This document shows positions 10,109 to 20,204 of a stretch of 64,000 nucleotides of DNA, piece after piece. The notes beneath the pieces are model-generated. The model was not told the DNA's origin, did no database searches, and worked only from the letters and a program-made list of their open reading frames with translations. Numbering within the stretch: the first letter of the stretch is position 1; every line of letters begins with the position of its first letter. Made by a program: the position numbers and the translations under genes. This DNA comes from an uncultured Solirubrobacterales bacterium (GTDB taxonomy: Bacteria; Actinomycetota; Thermoleophilia; Solirubrobacterales; Solirubrobacteraceae): the NCBI GenBank assembly GCA_963697115.1, contig CAVOMT010000003.1:24833-88832 (forward strand), given 5' to 3'.

Positions 10109-12268
10109 TTATTTCTTGCGCTTCTTCTTCGGTTTTGGGCCGTACTTCCGTTTGGCCTGCGCAACGCATGCCGAGCGTTTCCGCTTGGCCTTGATTTTGT
10201 CGCACGCCTTCAACGCCTTTGTCAGCTTCTGCGCATTCGTCAGCGGTTTAGCAGGCGGAGGAGGCGTGTGTGTCGTTGTGGTCGTCGTGGCGGGCGGAGG
10301 TGGCGGTGTGGTGGCGGCGGTCGTCGTCGGCGCCGTTGTCGTAGGGGTAGTTGTCGTCGCTTCCGGCGTGCCCTGAATGGTAAGCGACTGGGTCACCGGA
10401 GCGCTCTGCGTTCCTTCTTCATTGACGACCGTCAACGATACCGATTCCTGCCTGCCCTGATGGCCTGTATTGGCGAACCCTCGAGTGTAGGTGTCTCCTT
10501 CGGCAAATTTCTTCGTCACGGTTTGCCCGTCGCCGAATTTCCAGATGTATTCCTTGAGTTTGTTCGTCGGGGCACAGCCGTGCCCAACGGTGCATTGCCC
10601 GGTGGGATCTCTCGAGAGTTCCGCATTGAACGTCACCGCTTCTTCCGGCTTGGGGCTCTGCGGCGAAACTTCGAAGCTCGCTTCCGGAGATGCCGCGACG
10701 ACTTCGATCTGTCGCGTCACCGGCGGTGGGTTGCCGTAGTTCCCGTTGTTTTCGAGCAAGATCTTCAAGCCAACCGTGTAGACGCGCGGCGTGAAATATT
10801 CATCCTGCTCGCTGAGACTCGGTGGTGTTCCCGTCTTCTTGGTTTCGTATTTGCCTGACCCTTCCAGGTCCCACTGCAGTTCTACCGGAGCTTCGCCGTT
10901 CAATCCCGCCTCGACGGCGGTGTAGTTGACTACTTCGCCCTTTTTGACCACCACCTTCGGACTGCTCGAGTCTGAGCCGATCAGGAATGACGCCGTCGGC
11001 GTCGGGCAGCCCGAGCCGTTGGGTCCGAACTTGACCAGGTCGAACCCGTATGACGAGTGTCCAGGGCTTCCCGACGCGAACGCTCCCTCGTCGAGCGCGT
11101 AGACCACGCCGCCTGAGCCCGAGGCGACCGCGGTGGCAGCCGAACCAATCACACAATGGGGAGATGTGCCGCCGCCGAAGACCACCTTCTGGGAGCCGTC
11201 GGTCGTCGACATACCCCTGACCTCATAGCTTCCCGCTTCACTTCCGCTTGCCGGTTTATTGGTCTCGACCGCATAGACGAGGCCTTCGTCCGGCGCCACA
11301 GAGACCTGCGGACCGTAGTCGAGCGATACGCCTCCTTCCCGTCCACCGGTCAGTTCACGAGCACCGCTCACACCAGCATCGCCGGCGACAATAGTCGCTG
11401 TCGCAAAATTGGACGTCAACTTGACCACTCCGGGTAGGTGTGAGGATCCCGAGAGACTGTGTACGCTCAGGAAAAGTGAGCCGTCGGCTGCTATGGAGAT
11501 GCCACTGGCAGATCCCGCGTTTGAGATTTTCTTTCCCGTATCTTCAAAAGTCGCGCCGAGAGCGCCGGCGAGGTACGGAGATGCGCCGGCAGCGATCCGC
11601 TGCAGCACCGTGGGCATGAATTCATTGCCACCACCCAGGGCGACCAGGTCGTGAGTGGTCGGATCGACCGCGAGACCATGTGGCGCAAACAGCGCACCCG
11701 TTTCGCCGGCTTCCGGAAATTTGTAGAACAGCGCCTCTTTAACTCCCGCAACTTCGACTTTTGTTATTTCCGTCGCCGGCTGCAACGCTTCGGTAAAAAC
11801 ATAGATTTCGCCGGCATATGCTTCTTCTTCGTTTGCTTCGTTCTCCTCAAGAACGTAGAGGCGATGCAGCTGTGAATCGAACGCGAGTGCCGCGATCGTA
11901 CGGTGGTGTTCTTCGGGCAGTTCCGGAGTCGGTATCGTGACGCTCGCCACCGGAGTGCCGAGACTTGCGCTGAACTTCTGAATACGAAAACTAGAAGGTC
12001 CACCACCGGAACGGACAGCGCCGGGCTCGTCGAGCACGTAGACACTGTTGTTCGAGGTGTCCACTGCCATGTCCGACGGCCAGCTGAATTCACCGGCTGA
12101 TCCGGCGCCGAATGAGCCCACCTGTGCGAGTTCGCCAAACGCGGCCGCCTGCGCGTCTTCGCTGCCTACCGTGGCAGCAATCACCACACATACAACAGCT
12201 ACAAGAATCGCCGATGCGATCTGTGTGATCGTAGTCCATCGTGTCATATCCATCCCGCTGACTGTCAT
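10109..12268 (-). CDS. Secreted NHL/beta-propeller plus PKD-domain protein with Thr/Pro linker and basic C-terminal tail
   Basis: GEFSWPSDMAVD and PHGLAVDP repeats; WDLEGSG and YIWKFGDG PKD motifs; tail KPLTNAQKLTKALKAC...KRKYGPKPKKKRKK. Confidence 0.85.
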   Translation of the reverse strand: MTVSGMDMTRWTTITQIASAILVAVVCVVIAATVGSEDAQAAAFGELAQVGSFGAGSAGEFSWPSDMAVDTSNNSVYVLDEPGAVRSGGGPSSFRIQKFSASLGTPVASVTIPTPELPEEHHRTIAALAFDSQLHRLYVLEENEANEEEAYAGEIYVFTEALQPATEITKVEVAGVKEALFYKFPEAGETGALFAPHGLAVDPTTHDLVALGGGNEFMPTVLQRIAAGASPYLAGALGATFEDTGKKISNAGSASGISIAADGSLFLSVHSLSGSSHLPGVVKLTSNFATATIVAGDAGVSGARELTGGREGGVSLDYGPQVSVAPDEGLVYAVETNKPASGSEAGSYEVRGMSTTDGSQKVVFGGGTSPHCVIGSAATAVASGSGGVVYALDEGAFASGSPGHSSYGFDLVKFGPNGSGCPTPTASFLIGSDSSSPKVVVKKGEVVNYTAVEAGLNGEAPVELQWDLEGSGKYETKKTGTPPSLSEQDEYFTPRVYTVGLKILLENNGNYGNPPPVTRQIEVVAASPEASFEVSPQSPKPEEAVTFNAELSRDPTGQCTVGHGCAPTNKLKEYIWKFGDGQTVTKKFAEGDTYTRGFANTGHQGRQESVSLTVVNEEGTQSAPVTQSLTIQGTPEATTTTPTTTAPTTTAATTPPPPPATTTTTTHTPPPPAKPLTNAQKLTKALKACDKIKAKRKRSACVAQAKRKYGPKPKKKRKK

Positions 12269-12318
12269 GTTCTCCCTAGAGTTGTTTGATCGAGGCGCGC
12301 AAGGCGATGATCAGCACA

Positions 12319-12353
12319 GTGAGCGACCGGGACGCGCATGCCCGGTCGCTCAC
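12319..12353 (-). terminator. Stem-loop after the PstS-like gene
   Basis: GTGAGCGACCGGG...CCCGGTCGCTCAC perfect 13-bp stem. Confidence 0.7.
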
Positions 12354-12380
12354 AGCTCATCGCCTAGTTCGCCAGAGTGT

Positions 12381-13685
12381 TTATGGCTGAATCAGTGCTG
12401 CCTCTTCCTGCGCGTATTTTCCGACCGCTTCTTCGACTTCCCTGAAATCGTGGGTTTCGAAGTCGAGCTGACCGCCCGTTTTGGCCACGACATAGTTCAG
12501 ATAGTCGTGCGCTGTCTGCTCTTCCGCACCGGTCAAGCCGGCGACTTCGTAGTGAGCAAGCGCCACGTCCCAGGTCAACGTGCAGATCGGGTAGTTTTCG
12601 TTGCCGTTGTTGGGGTGGCCACCGTACGCTTCCGACCAGTCGTCGTCCGCACCGACAGCGACCGGCTTGTTGGTGTAGTTGGTTCCTTTGCAGTTGGCTT
12701 CCGAGGTGCCCGCCGCCGGTTCGCCGGCGGTCGTCCCGGGGAACTTGAATTTGCCGATCGCTTCGTTTTTAACCCCTAGCCACCGCACGCCGGTGGCAAA
12801 GCCTTTACGAGCGTCGCTCAGATTGGCATAGCCGATGCTGCCCGAGGTTTTTTCAACTTCTTCGACCTCGCCACCGCCGCCGCTTTTCCCAGACCTGACC
12901 CAGTTCGCGGCCTGATTCGGCCATTCACGGTTCGGTTCGGTCTCCGGCTGCAGTTCGCGCCAGGTCCGTTCGCCCTTGCCCGCCTGCGATTCTTGCCGTT
13001 TCGTGTTGTTGATTTCAAACAGATAGTGCTTGAACTGATACGAAGTACCCGATCCATCCTGGCGCACCACGCGCGTGATCGCCACTTCGCATTCCGTGCC
13101 TTCGTGGGTCGAAATTTCACTCCATTTCGTGATTTCGTTTGCCCAGACCTTCTGCAGGTCGCTGTTTTCGATGTGATTTTCTTTGAGTTTGCAGTTCGCC
13201 GGATAGTGCACGATCATCGCGATCGCTGCTTGGGCTACGGGAATGACCAACGCCTGACCTTTGTTGCCCACCCCTTTGGCGGCCGTATCAATTTCGCCCA
13301 TCTGCGCCGCACTAGGCGCGTCGTCGGTTCCGATGAACTGGTCGACTTTTTCTTCGGGCGACTTGCCGCTGCCGTTGACCCCCCATGCTGCAAGACCGGC
13401 GGCACTGCCCGACGGGTTGTACATCACGGTCGGTTCTTGGCCGGTGCCCTGCACTCCGCTGCATGCCGAGGCGTCCGCCGATTCGTTGAACCCCTTGCCG
13501 GCAAGCAGGGCTTCATCGTCCCAGATCTGCTGTGCGATCTTCTGCAACGAGGATCCCTCCCCGTGGATGTTGGCGCCTCCGCACTGCGCCGCCAGCGCGG
13601 TGCCCGCGCCGAACGTCCCGCCGAGCGCGAGCGCCGCGGTGGCGCCCATTCCCAACAGGGTCGAGATACTGAACTTGGCTCTCAT
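12381..13685 (-). CDS. Secreted PstS-like protein (close paralog of 6652..8273)
   Basis: Start MRAKFS with AAGGGAG RBS; AxA signal; GEGSSLQ, FIGTDDAP, RQDGSGTS, GSIGY. Confidence 0.9.
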   Translation of the reverse strand: MRAKFSISTLLGMGATAALALGGTFGAGTALAAQCGGANIHGEGSSLQKIAQQIWDDEALLAGKGFNESADASACSGVQGTGQEPTVMYNPSGSAAGLAAWGVNGSGKSPEEKVDQFIGTDDAPSAAQMGEIDTAAKGVGNKGQALVIPVAQAAIAMIVHYPANCKLKENHIENSDLQKVWANEITKWSEISTHEGTECEVAITRVVRQDGSGTSYQFKHYLFEINNTKRQESQAGKGERTWRELQPETEPNREWPNQAANWVRSGKSGGGGEVEEVEKTSGSIGYANLSDARKGFATGVRWLGVKNEAIGKFKFPGTTAGEPAAGTSEANCKGTNYTNKPVAVGADDDWSEAYGGHPNNGNENYPICTLTWDVALAHYEVAGLTGAEEQTAHDYLNYVVAKTGGQLDFETHDFREVEEAVGKYAQEEAALIQP

Positions 13686-13797
13686 GCGAGAACTCCCTTG
13701 GTGTAAGGACCCGAAGGCCCGTTTTCTCGCGCCCCGCCACTCGCGAGGAGACGCGGTGGATACACCCGGGATCTTCCCGTGGAGCCTGTCGATGAAT

Positions 13798-13836
13798 GTG
13801 AATAAACAGTAATAGTTTACGTTACCTTCCCTAAAC
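13798..13836 (-). promoter_or_regulatory. Degenerate PHO-type repeats
   Basis: GTGAAT 13798, GTAATA 13809, CTAAAC 13831 in 11-nt phase; AT-rich. Confidence 0.45.
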
Positions 13837-16800
13837 ATCTGTGTTTTTGGGTCGTTGATTGCGAGATCGCCGGGAGCTCGACGCACCGACACGCGCGAGC
13901 TGCGGCCTCGCGCCGCGCAGGCCGGCTCCCGCGAACGCGGCCAGGAGCACCAGTCCGAGCGCCCATGCCGGCAATGGCCCTTCTTCGGGCCCGTGCCGGT
14001 AGGCGACCATGTGGTGCACCATCTGGATGGCGCCCTCTTCTTCGCGCTCGTACTCCTCCACCCCGACCGTCTGGGAGACCTCGGCGGTGCCCGAGGGCGG
14101 CGTCGGCCGCGCCGGGTTTGGCGCCGGTGGCGGCAGCAGCGGCAGGATCGGGAACAGCTGGACCGGTGCAAGCGGAACCGCCGGCAGTACCGCCGGGTGG
14201 GCCTGCGCGGACGGCGATGAGGAGACCGGCGCCACAGGCGCGGGAGGCGACGGCGGCGGCGGTAGTGTTTCGGCCGGCGTCGCCGCCGGCGCGGTGGCCG
14301 GCGCCGGCAACGGCACGGGCAGGCCTTCCTGCTGTTCGGGCGCCGGTGGGTGGCGCAGGCGCACGGTGCCACATGGTTGCTCGACGCTGCCGGGCTGCAC
14401 CGTGATCGTCTGTGAGGAGGACAACCCGCCGGCGCGCACCGTGACGGTCGTGGTGCCCGCGTTGTAGGCGCAGAACAGACCCGACTCGACCTGTGGAACC
14501 ACTTCTCGTCGTTCGTTCAGGAGTTCGTCGTCGGGACCTTCTTCGAAGCGTCCGTTCGGGGTGAGTTCTCCTTGATTGGTGCGCGGTTCGTCGGGGATCG
14601 GCCTGCCGGCGGCTTCCTGCAGGACGGTCGTGCCTTCCGGAGAGGTCGGGTCCGCCTCCACGAACTGGCCGATGTCAGGGTTCGACGAGGTGAAGGTGTA
14701 GGACGGGAAGATCCCACTTGCGCAGGCCGCTCCCGTGCAGACGCTCGGGATCGGCACGTAGGGGTCGGGCTTGAAGGCGCAGGCGGCGCTGGCCCTTTCG
14801 CAGAGCATGCCCGCGTGTGGACGGCGCGCCAGTCCCGTGAACTGAGTGGGCTGACTGCGACGCAGCAGCACGCCTCCCGTCGCGTCGAGCGCCAGTTCGG
14901 AGATGTCGGGGATCAGTCGCACACGCACCGGCGCCACGTTCGTCGATGCCTTGCGCCGGTCGGTTTCCACTTCGCTCAGCAGCAGACCGCTGGCCCCGAG
15001 GAAGTCGGTCACGTCCTGTTCGGGCGGCGTGACATAGCCCAGCGTTCCGCTGCCGAACGCTGGGATCGGGATACCGTTTGCGGCCAGGTGGGATATCTGA
15101 TTGCTTTGCGGAGCGTCGTAGAAGTAAGCCGATGCCGCGGCGGTGCCGGCCACTGCGGCGGTCACGCAGCCGGCGGGGGGCGTACCGGCCAAAATCGGCA
15201 CGACCTGTGCTCCATCGGCGGCGACGTTGGCCGTGCCGGCGCTGCTGGTCAGGCCACGACTGCCGATCACGATCGCCGGCACGGGCTCAGGGCCCCCACT
15301 GTTGTTCTCGTGATTTCGCGCCGCCGCGAGCTGTTGGGCCAACCAGCATTGCTGCGGCGTGCCGAGCACCGGGTGTGAGTAGTCGAGCACGATCACCCAC
15401 ACGGACCCGCCGGAACCGGAGCCGGTGGAGAGGAACGCATACGCGCCGCTGCCGCCCGGCGGCGCGGGAGAGCCCGCTGGTGCGGTTCCCACCGGCGCCG
15501 AACCTCCCATCGCCGTCGCGAACGCGGCCAGCGAGCTCTCGTCGAGATCGGAGGCCGACGGCGCCGCGAACACGCTCAATCCCCGGGCAGATTCGGTGAG
15601 CAGCTGGGCGTAGCGCTGCTCCTCGCGCTGGAAGTCGGCTTCTTCGAACCCCGGATCGTCGCTCAGGCCGGGGGCCAGGTGTTCGCCTGTGTACAGGAAC
15701 GCTCGCACCCCCGGGATCTGCGCCGCCTGGCCGATCGCGTTGGTGAGCCACGCGTCTGGGCCAAGCTGGTCCTCGGCCATGTCGGCGCACGCGGTCGCGC
15801 ACTGCGCATTGCCCCCGATCGCGAACGTCGCGTTGCCGGCGGCCGATTCTTCGGGCGTGGCGGCGAAGCCGGCGGGGGCTGCGCCACTGGCCGGGTAGCG
15901 CATGACTCCCGCCGTCTGGATCGGTTCCCGATCGAAGACCGGAAGGTTCTGGTTCAGTTCCCCGCTCTGACCTCCCACGGCCCAACCCTGCCCGCTGCCG
16001 GGGGCGAGCGCGAGCGCGAGCACCGCGTCGGGCACCTCGGGCCAGTCGACCCCGTTCTCGCCGGGCGGCAGGTTCCCGCCTGTGTTGGGCGAGGGGTAGT
16101 CGCGATGCTCCTCGTCCTTCCATCCCGCGGGGGTTTCACGTAGCAGGAAGCCGCTGGCCGGCAGCGGATAGGGCGCAGTGTGGACAGGGGCCTGACCCGG
16201 CTGGGGAATCTGTTCCAGTGCCCGATCGACTTCGCTGCCAGACTCTCTGTCGGTCACGCTCGCCCCCCCGATGTGATCGATCGAGATCACCGGGCGCACC
16301 GTTTCCCCTTCCCTGAACGCCGCCAGCGCAACGGGGTAGCCGGCCACCGGGCCGGCCGGTGTGGGAGTCCACGGAGCGCCTGCGCTCTGGCGTACGAGCA
16401 CGCTCCCGCTGACGAGCGCCACCGCCGCGCCGCCGTCGGGCAGCCCCGCGACCCGCGCCGGTATCTGACCCTGCAACGCGGGGTCGGGATCGACCTGCCA
16501 GCCGCTGCCGCCGTTGACAAGCAGCCCGCCTTCAAAGCCGATGAACCCCTCGTTGGGATCAATGCGCGGGATCTGATAGGTGACGAGCGCCTCGGCGCCT
16601 GCGAAGGCGATCGAAGTGAAGTCGGCGTCCTGGAGCCCGGGCGGCAGCGGTTCCTGTTCCCAGGTCTTGCCATAGCCGAGCAGCACCCCCTGCTGGCCGA
16701 TCGCGTAGCCGCGCGCCGGGTCGGTGGGATCGAAGGCGATCCCGGTGAAGTTGGCCAGGAACAGGTTGGGAGGGCGTGCCGGGTCGGGCTCCCACAACCC

Positions 16801-18513
16801 TGTGTCCGCGCGCCACAGCCACATCGCACCGTTCGTGCCGACGGCGTAGGCGCGCCCTGGTTCTGGCCAGGCCACTCCGCGCAGGTCGTGATTGGTCTGC
16901 GCTTCGCCGTTGGAGGAAGAGAGAAGCGTTTCCCGCGCCCATCCCTGCCCGGGGGTGTAGCGGGCGATCTGCCCGTCCACACCGACGGCGATCGCCGGCG
17001 CCCCCAGGTCGCCCGGTGTGCTGCCTGGTTGCGTCGCGATCGCATCGAGCGGACGTCGGAACGGCACCGGCCAGGACTGCAGGAGGTCGGGCTGGCGGTG
17101 CGTCGTCAGATGGGTGAGCGGCCCGCCCTGTCCCGGGTTGTTGGCGAGCCAGCCCTCTTCGGGCGAGGAGAACGCCGCTCCGCCCTGGGCGCCGCTTTCC
17201 CCGCCATCGCCCAACACGCGGATGAACTCTTCACCGTGCAGGCTGAGGCTGATGCCGTCTTCGAGCCCGGTGATCACCCTGCCCCCCTCGGGACCGCCGC
17301 CGGTCCAGGCGAAGCTGCGATAAGGACCGCTCGGCAGCTGCGAGCCGAGCGGATGGCTGCACATCGCCGCCACGGCCGCGGGCGGGTCACACCAACTGGT
17401 GGTGACTTCTCCCCCCGGGCCCGATGTGGCCGGTACATAGAAGAGCGTGAAGCTGTCGCTCTGGCGCGGCTGCCCGGCGGGGGTCACGGTCAGCTTCCCA
17501 TCCACCCACACCCCCTGGCTCGTGACGGTCAGGGACTGGCCGTTTTCCAGTGCGGAGACTTCCACCGCCGCTTCTTTGAAGGTGGGGCTCGCCTGCGCGA
17601 ACGCGGCGCCGAGCGCTCCCGTGCCGAGCGAACGCTGGCGCCAGCGCGGCGTGGGTCCGCTCGTGTCGCGCGAGAACAGCACGATCCCATCCGCGCTCGA
17701 GCCCGTGCGCGCCAGCAGCCAGGCGTTGGTCGGAGAGGTCGCATCGATCGCCAGCACGCGAAAGCCGGGTTTGGGCGGCTGGCAGGGTTCCACGTTCACG
17801 CCGGCGCAGATCAGCTCGCGTGTCCACGCGCTCTTTTCCCCGCCGTCGTAGGCGAGCACGCTTCCCTGGACGTGGCCGGCGCCCTCGAACGGCACGAGCA
17901 GGAGACCCGTGCGCGCATTCGGCTCTTCCAGGGGCGCCATCAACACTCCTGCTTCGCCGGCGGTGAGAGTCTCGCCAGGCTCGAGCAGCGCGTTGGGCTG
18001 GACGGGGGACGTCTCGGGACTCAGCGTGGGCGCCTCGCGAAAATCGCCGGCGGGATTGCGGATGAGCACCTGCGTGACGTGCGCGGTGTCGGCTCCGACG
18101 AGCGCCACGCCACCCGCGGGGGTCGTGCGGCCGGCCAGCGAGCCCCCCAGCGGCGTGAAGCCGCTGAGCGGCTCCCCATCGACGTTCAGCGGGCCGGGCT
18201 GCGGCTGCCAGACTGCGCTTTCGTCGGTGTAGCGCAGGATGTGAAAGCCGCCATTCAGCGCGTAAGCCCAGCTCTCCCCCGCGGCCTCACCTGGGGTCGA
18301 GCCGATCAGCGTCGTGCTTTCGGGCGCGCCCAGCACCGGCTGGGCTTCGGGGACGATCCCGTTGGGCGCGACGAAGGCCGGAACGCTCGCCCCCGAGGTC
18401 AGCGCGAGCGCGCCGCCCCCCGTGATCGCCGCCAGCGCGAGACACACGGCGAGGACGCGCGCGCGCATGCCGAGCCCGCGCACCGCGGGCGCTCTGTTCG
18501 GGGAGTCGCTCAC
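13831..18513 (-). CDS. Giant (~1560 aa) exported, C-terminally anchored protein, copy A: BNR/YCF48-like propellers, degenerate metallophosphoesterase, Ig-like, Pro-rich linker, TM
   Basis: Signal peptide; LRGVAW..AYAVG and FTGIAF..GYAIG repeats; VWVIVLDYS..QQCWLAQQL; C-terminal hydrophobic helix with basic tail; GTG overlaps the upstream stop. Confidence 0.8.
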   Translation of the reverse strand: MSDSPNRAPAVRGLGMRARVLAVCLALAAITGGGALALTSGASVPAFVAPNGIVPEAQPVLGAPESTTLIGSTPGEAAGESWAYALNGGFHILRYTDESAVWQPQPGPLNVDGEPLSGFTPLGGSLAGRTTPAGGVALVGADTAHVTQVLIRNPAGDFREAPTLSPETSPVQPNALLEPGETLTAGEAGVLMAPLEEPNARTGLLLVPFEGAGHVQGSVLAYDGGEKSAWTRELICAGVNVEPCQPPKPGFRVLAIDATSPTNAWLLARTGSSADGIVLFSRDTSGPTPRWRQRSLGTGALGAAFAQASPTFKEAAVEVSALENGQSLTVTSQGVWVDGKLTVTPAGQPRQSDSFTLFYVPATSGPGGEVTTSWCDPPAAVAAMCSHPLGSQLPSGPYRSFAWTGGGPEGGRVITGLEDGISLSLHGEEFIRVLGDGGESGAQGGAAFSSPEEGWLANNPGQGGPLTHLTTHRQPDLLQSWPVPFRRPLDAIATQPGSTPGDLGAPAIAVGVDGQIARYTPGQGWARETLLSSSNGEAQTNHDLRGVAWPEPGRAYAVGTNGAMWLWRADTGLWEPDPARPPNLFLANFTGIAFDPTDPARGYAIGQQGVLLGYGKTWEQEPLPPGLQDADFTSIAFAGAEALVTYQIPRIDPNEGFIGFEGGLLVNGGSGWQVDPDPALQGQIPARVAGLPDGGAAVALVSGSVLVRQSAGAPWTPTPAGPVAGYPVALAAFREGETVRPVISIDHIGGASVTDRESGSEVDRALEQIPQPGQAPVHTAPYPLPASGFLLRETPAGWKDEEHRDYPSPNTGGNLPPGENGVDWPEVPDAVLALALAPGSGQGWAVGGQSGELNQNLPVFDREPIQTAGVMRYPASGAAPAGFAATPEESAAGNATFAIGGNAQCATACADMAEDQLGPDAWLTNAIGQAAQIPGVRAFLYTGEHLAPGLSDDPGFEEADFQREEQRYAQLLTESARGLSVFAAPSASDLDESSLAAFATAMGGSAPVGTAPAGSPAPPGGSGAYAFLSTGSGSGGSVWVIVLDYSHPVLGTPQQCWLAQQLAAARNHENNSGGPEPVPAIVIGSRGLTSSAGTANVAADGAQVVPILAGTPPAGCVTAAVAGTAAASAYFYDAPQSNQISHLAANGIPIPAFGSGTLGYVTPPEQDVTDFLGASGLLLSEVETDRRKASTNVAPVRVRLIPDISELALDATGGVLLRRSQPTQFTGLARRPHAGMLCERASAACAFKPDPYVPIPSVCTGAACASGIFPSYTFTSSNPDIGQFVEADPTSPEGTTVLQEAAGRPIPDEPRTNQGELTPNGRFEEGPDDELLNERREVVPQVESGLFCAYNAGTTTVTVRAGGLSSSQTITVQPGSVEQPCGTVRLRHPPAPEQQEGLPVPLPAPATAPAATPAETLPPPPSPPAPVAPVSSSPSAQAHPAVLPAVPLAPVQLFPILPLLPPPAPNPARPTPPSGTAEVSQTVGVEEYEREEEGAIQMVHHMVAYRHGPEEGPLPAWALGLVLLAAFAGAGLRGARPQLARVGASSSRRSRNQRPKNTDV

Positions 18514-20204
18514 GGTAGCCGCAGTGAGGGCGCCGAGGACAGCGGGCCGGCGCCGGGCGCGCGCAGGGAGGTGCCGACTGTGGTCGGACCGCCTGTGGGC
18601 CCGCCGCCTCCCCCACCGCCTCCGCTCGGGATGAGCGGGACCGGACCAATCGCGTGGACCTGCAGACTGAGCTTCGTCGGCCATGCGCTGCGGCGCAGGC
18701 GCAGGCGCAGCGTGCGCCTGCCGCGGGCGAGCACGAGTTGCCCGGTTGCGGCCACGGTGCGCTTGCGCCGCAGGGCCAGCAGCCGCACATGCGACTTCGT
18801 GGCGAGCGTGAAGCTGAGCGCGAGCGTCGTGCCCTTCAATTTCGTCTTGACGTCGCTGAACAGCGGGGCGCGGACCAGCGGACCGGCGGTTTCGACCAGG
18901 GACGCTGTCGGCGGCGGTGGAATCGAGGCCGGATTGGCGCCGGAGTCGTCCGGGGGAGCTTCGTCTGGCGCCACGAACGGGAGGCTCGCGTCGGGCGGGC
19001 GGTAGGTGATCAGGCTTTGGAAGTTGAGATCTTCCTCGCGCGGCTGATCCCCGCCGAGGTGAAACAGCCACCCCTTGCTCGTGGCCATCCAGCAGTCGTT
19101 CGCGGCTGGGCAGGCGATCGCTCCGGCTGCTCCCTTGGGACCGAGTCCTTCGCTTGCCGCCGGCATGCCTTCGACCGGGTCGAGTGTCCCGTCGCTGTGC
19201 AGCCGCACCACCTGCGCCTGCGCCGGCGCCGGTCCGGCGGCGCCGAGCGTGGCCCAGATGTCGCCGCCGCCCGGTTCACCCGCGATGCCGGCGACTTCGC
19301 CGAGTGGCGCCGCAAGCGTCTGCTCGCGAAACTGATTGGCGCCCGTCAGCCGCAGCACCGTCCCATCGCCCGACACCGCCCACAGACCGCCCGAGTTCGC
19401 AAACCGGACCGTCCCGCCCGTGGACGCCAGCGCTTCGCCGCTCGGCCCCTGCAGGATCAGCGGCGTGAACGGTTTGCTCGAACCTTCGATCACACGGTGG
19501 ATTTCGCCGCCCGCGCTCTCGTACAGCCGGTTTTCGAAGAAGGCCAAATCGGAGACCGCGACGGTCGGGTCTTCGAGCTGCGGTTCGAGCGTTTCCAGCG
19601 AGGGCAGCGCACTCAGCGCGCTGCCGTTCCAGTGCAGGTGAAAGGCGCCGCTGTTCAGAGAGCCTGGGAGGACTTCGCCGCCAAACCAACAGTCCGACGG
19701 TCCCGCGCAGGCGGCGGCATCCATCGACTCGTAGGACCCGGACACTCCGATCGGCTCCGCGTAGGAGGCGACCACGCGGCCGTTCAGGAAATGACAGAGC
19801 GAGCGATCCTGCACTGCCCGGCCACCGCTCGTGCGTCCGAGCTGCTGCCCGGTCTGCTGATCGGAGATCGTCCAGAACTCGTCCGGACCGGCCCACGCGA
19901 TGCGCCCGTCCGCGCCCCCACAGACGGTCGAGAGCTCGCTCCAGGCGACCCCGTTGTAGTAGTAGAGCCCGGCCGGCACCGCTTCGTTGCCGGCGGTTAT
20001 GAGCAGACCGCGGTTGGGCGCCCAGAAGCTGATCTGACCGACGTGGCCGAGCGGCACGGGAACGCCGACGCCCGCTTGGCCTTCCGGCGGCGGCGGCGCT
20101 GGGGGCTGGGCCGAGTGCCAGCCTTCGGCGTGCGCGAGGGGGCTACCCAGACAAAGAGCCGGGAGGACCAGCAGGGCGAGCAGTGCGAGCAGTGCGCGAG
20201 TCAT
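18510..20204 (-). CDS. Secreted BNR/YCF48-like propeller protein with basic Ig-like C-terminal domain, copy A
   Basis: Signal peptide AHA; FWAPNRGL, IAWAGPDEFW, CAGPSDCWFGG; ATGA coupling. Confidence 0.8.
   Translation of the reverse strand: MTRALLALLALLVLPALCLGSPLAHAEGWHSAQPPAPPPPEGQAGVGVPVPLGHVGQISFWAPNRGLLITAGNEAVPAGLYYYNGVAWSELSTVCGGADGRIAWAGPDEFWTISDQQTGQQLGRTSGGRAVQDRSLCHFLNGRVVASYAEPIGVSGSYESMDAAACAGPSDCWFGGEVLPGSLNSGAFHLHWNGSALSALPSLETLEPQLEDPTVAVSDLAFFENRLYESAGGEIHRVIEGSSKPFTPLILQGPSGEALASTGGTVRFANSGGLWAVSGDGTVLRLTGANQFREQTLAAPLGEVAGIAGEPGGGDIWATLGAAGPAPAQAQVVRLHSDGTLDPVEGMPAASEGLGPKGAAGAIACPAANDCWMATSKGWLFHLGGDQPREEDLNFQSLITYRPPDASLPFVAPDEAPPDDSGANPASIPPPPTASLVETAGPLVRAPLFSDVKTKLKGTTLALSFTLATKSHVRLLALRRKRTVAATGQLVLARGRRTLRLRLRRSAWPTKLSLQVHAIGPVPLIPSGGGGGGGGPTGGPTTVGTSLRAPGAGPLSSAPSLRLP

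Noticed and set aside
16180-19005. Long + strand ORFs opposite real genes (941 aa here; also 8474, 18654, 33488)
   Set aside because: Antisense shadows typical of high-GC coding DNA, Arg/Gly-rich and without motifs
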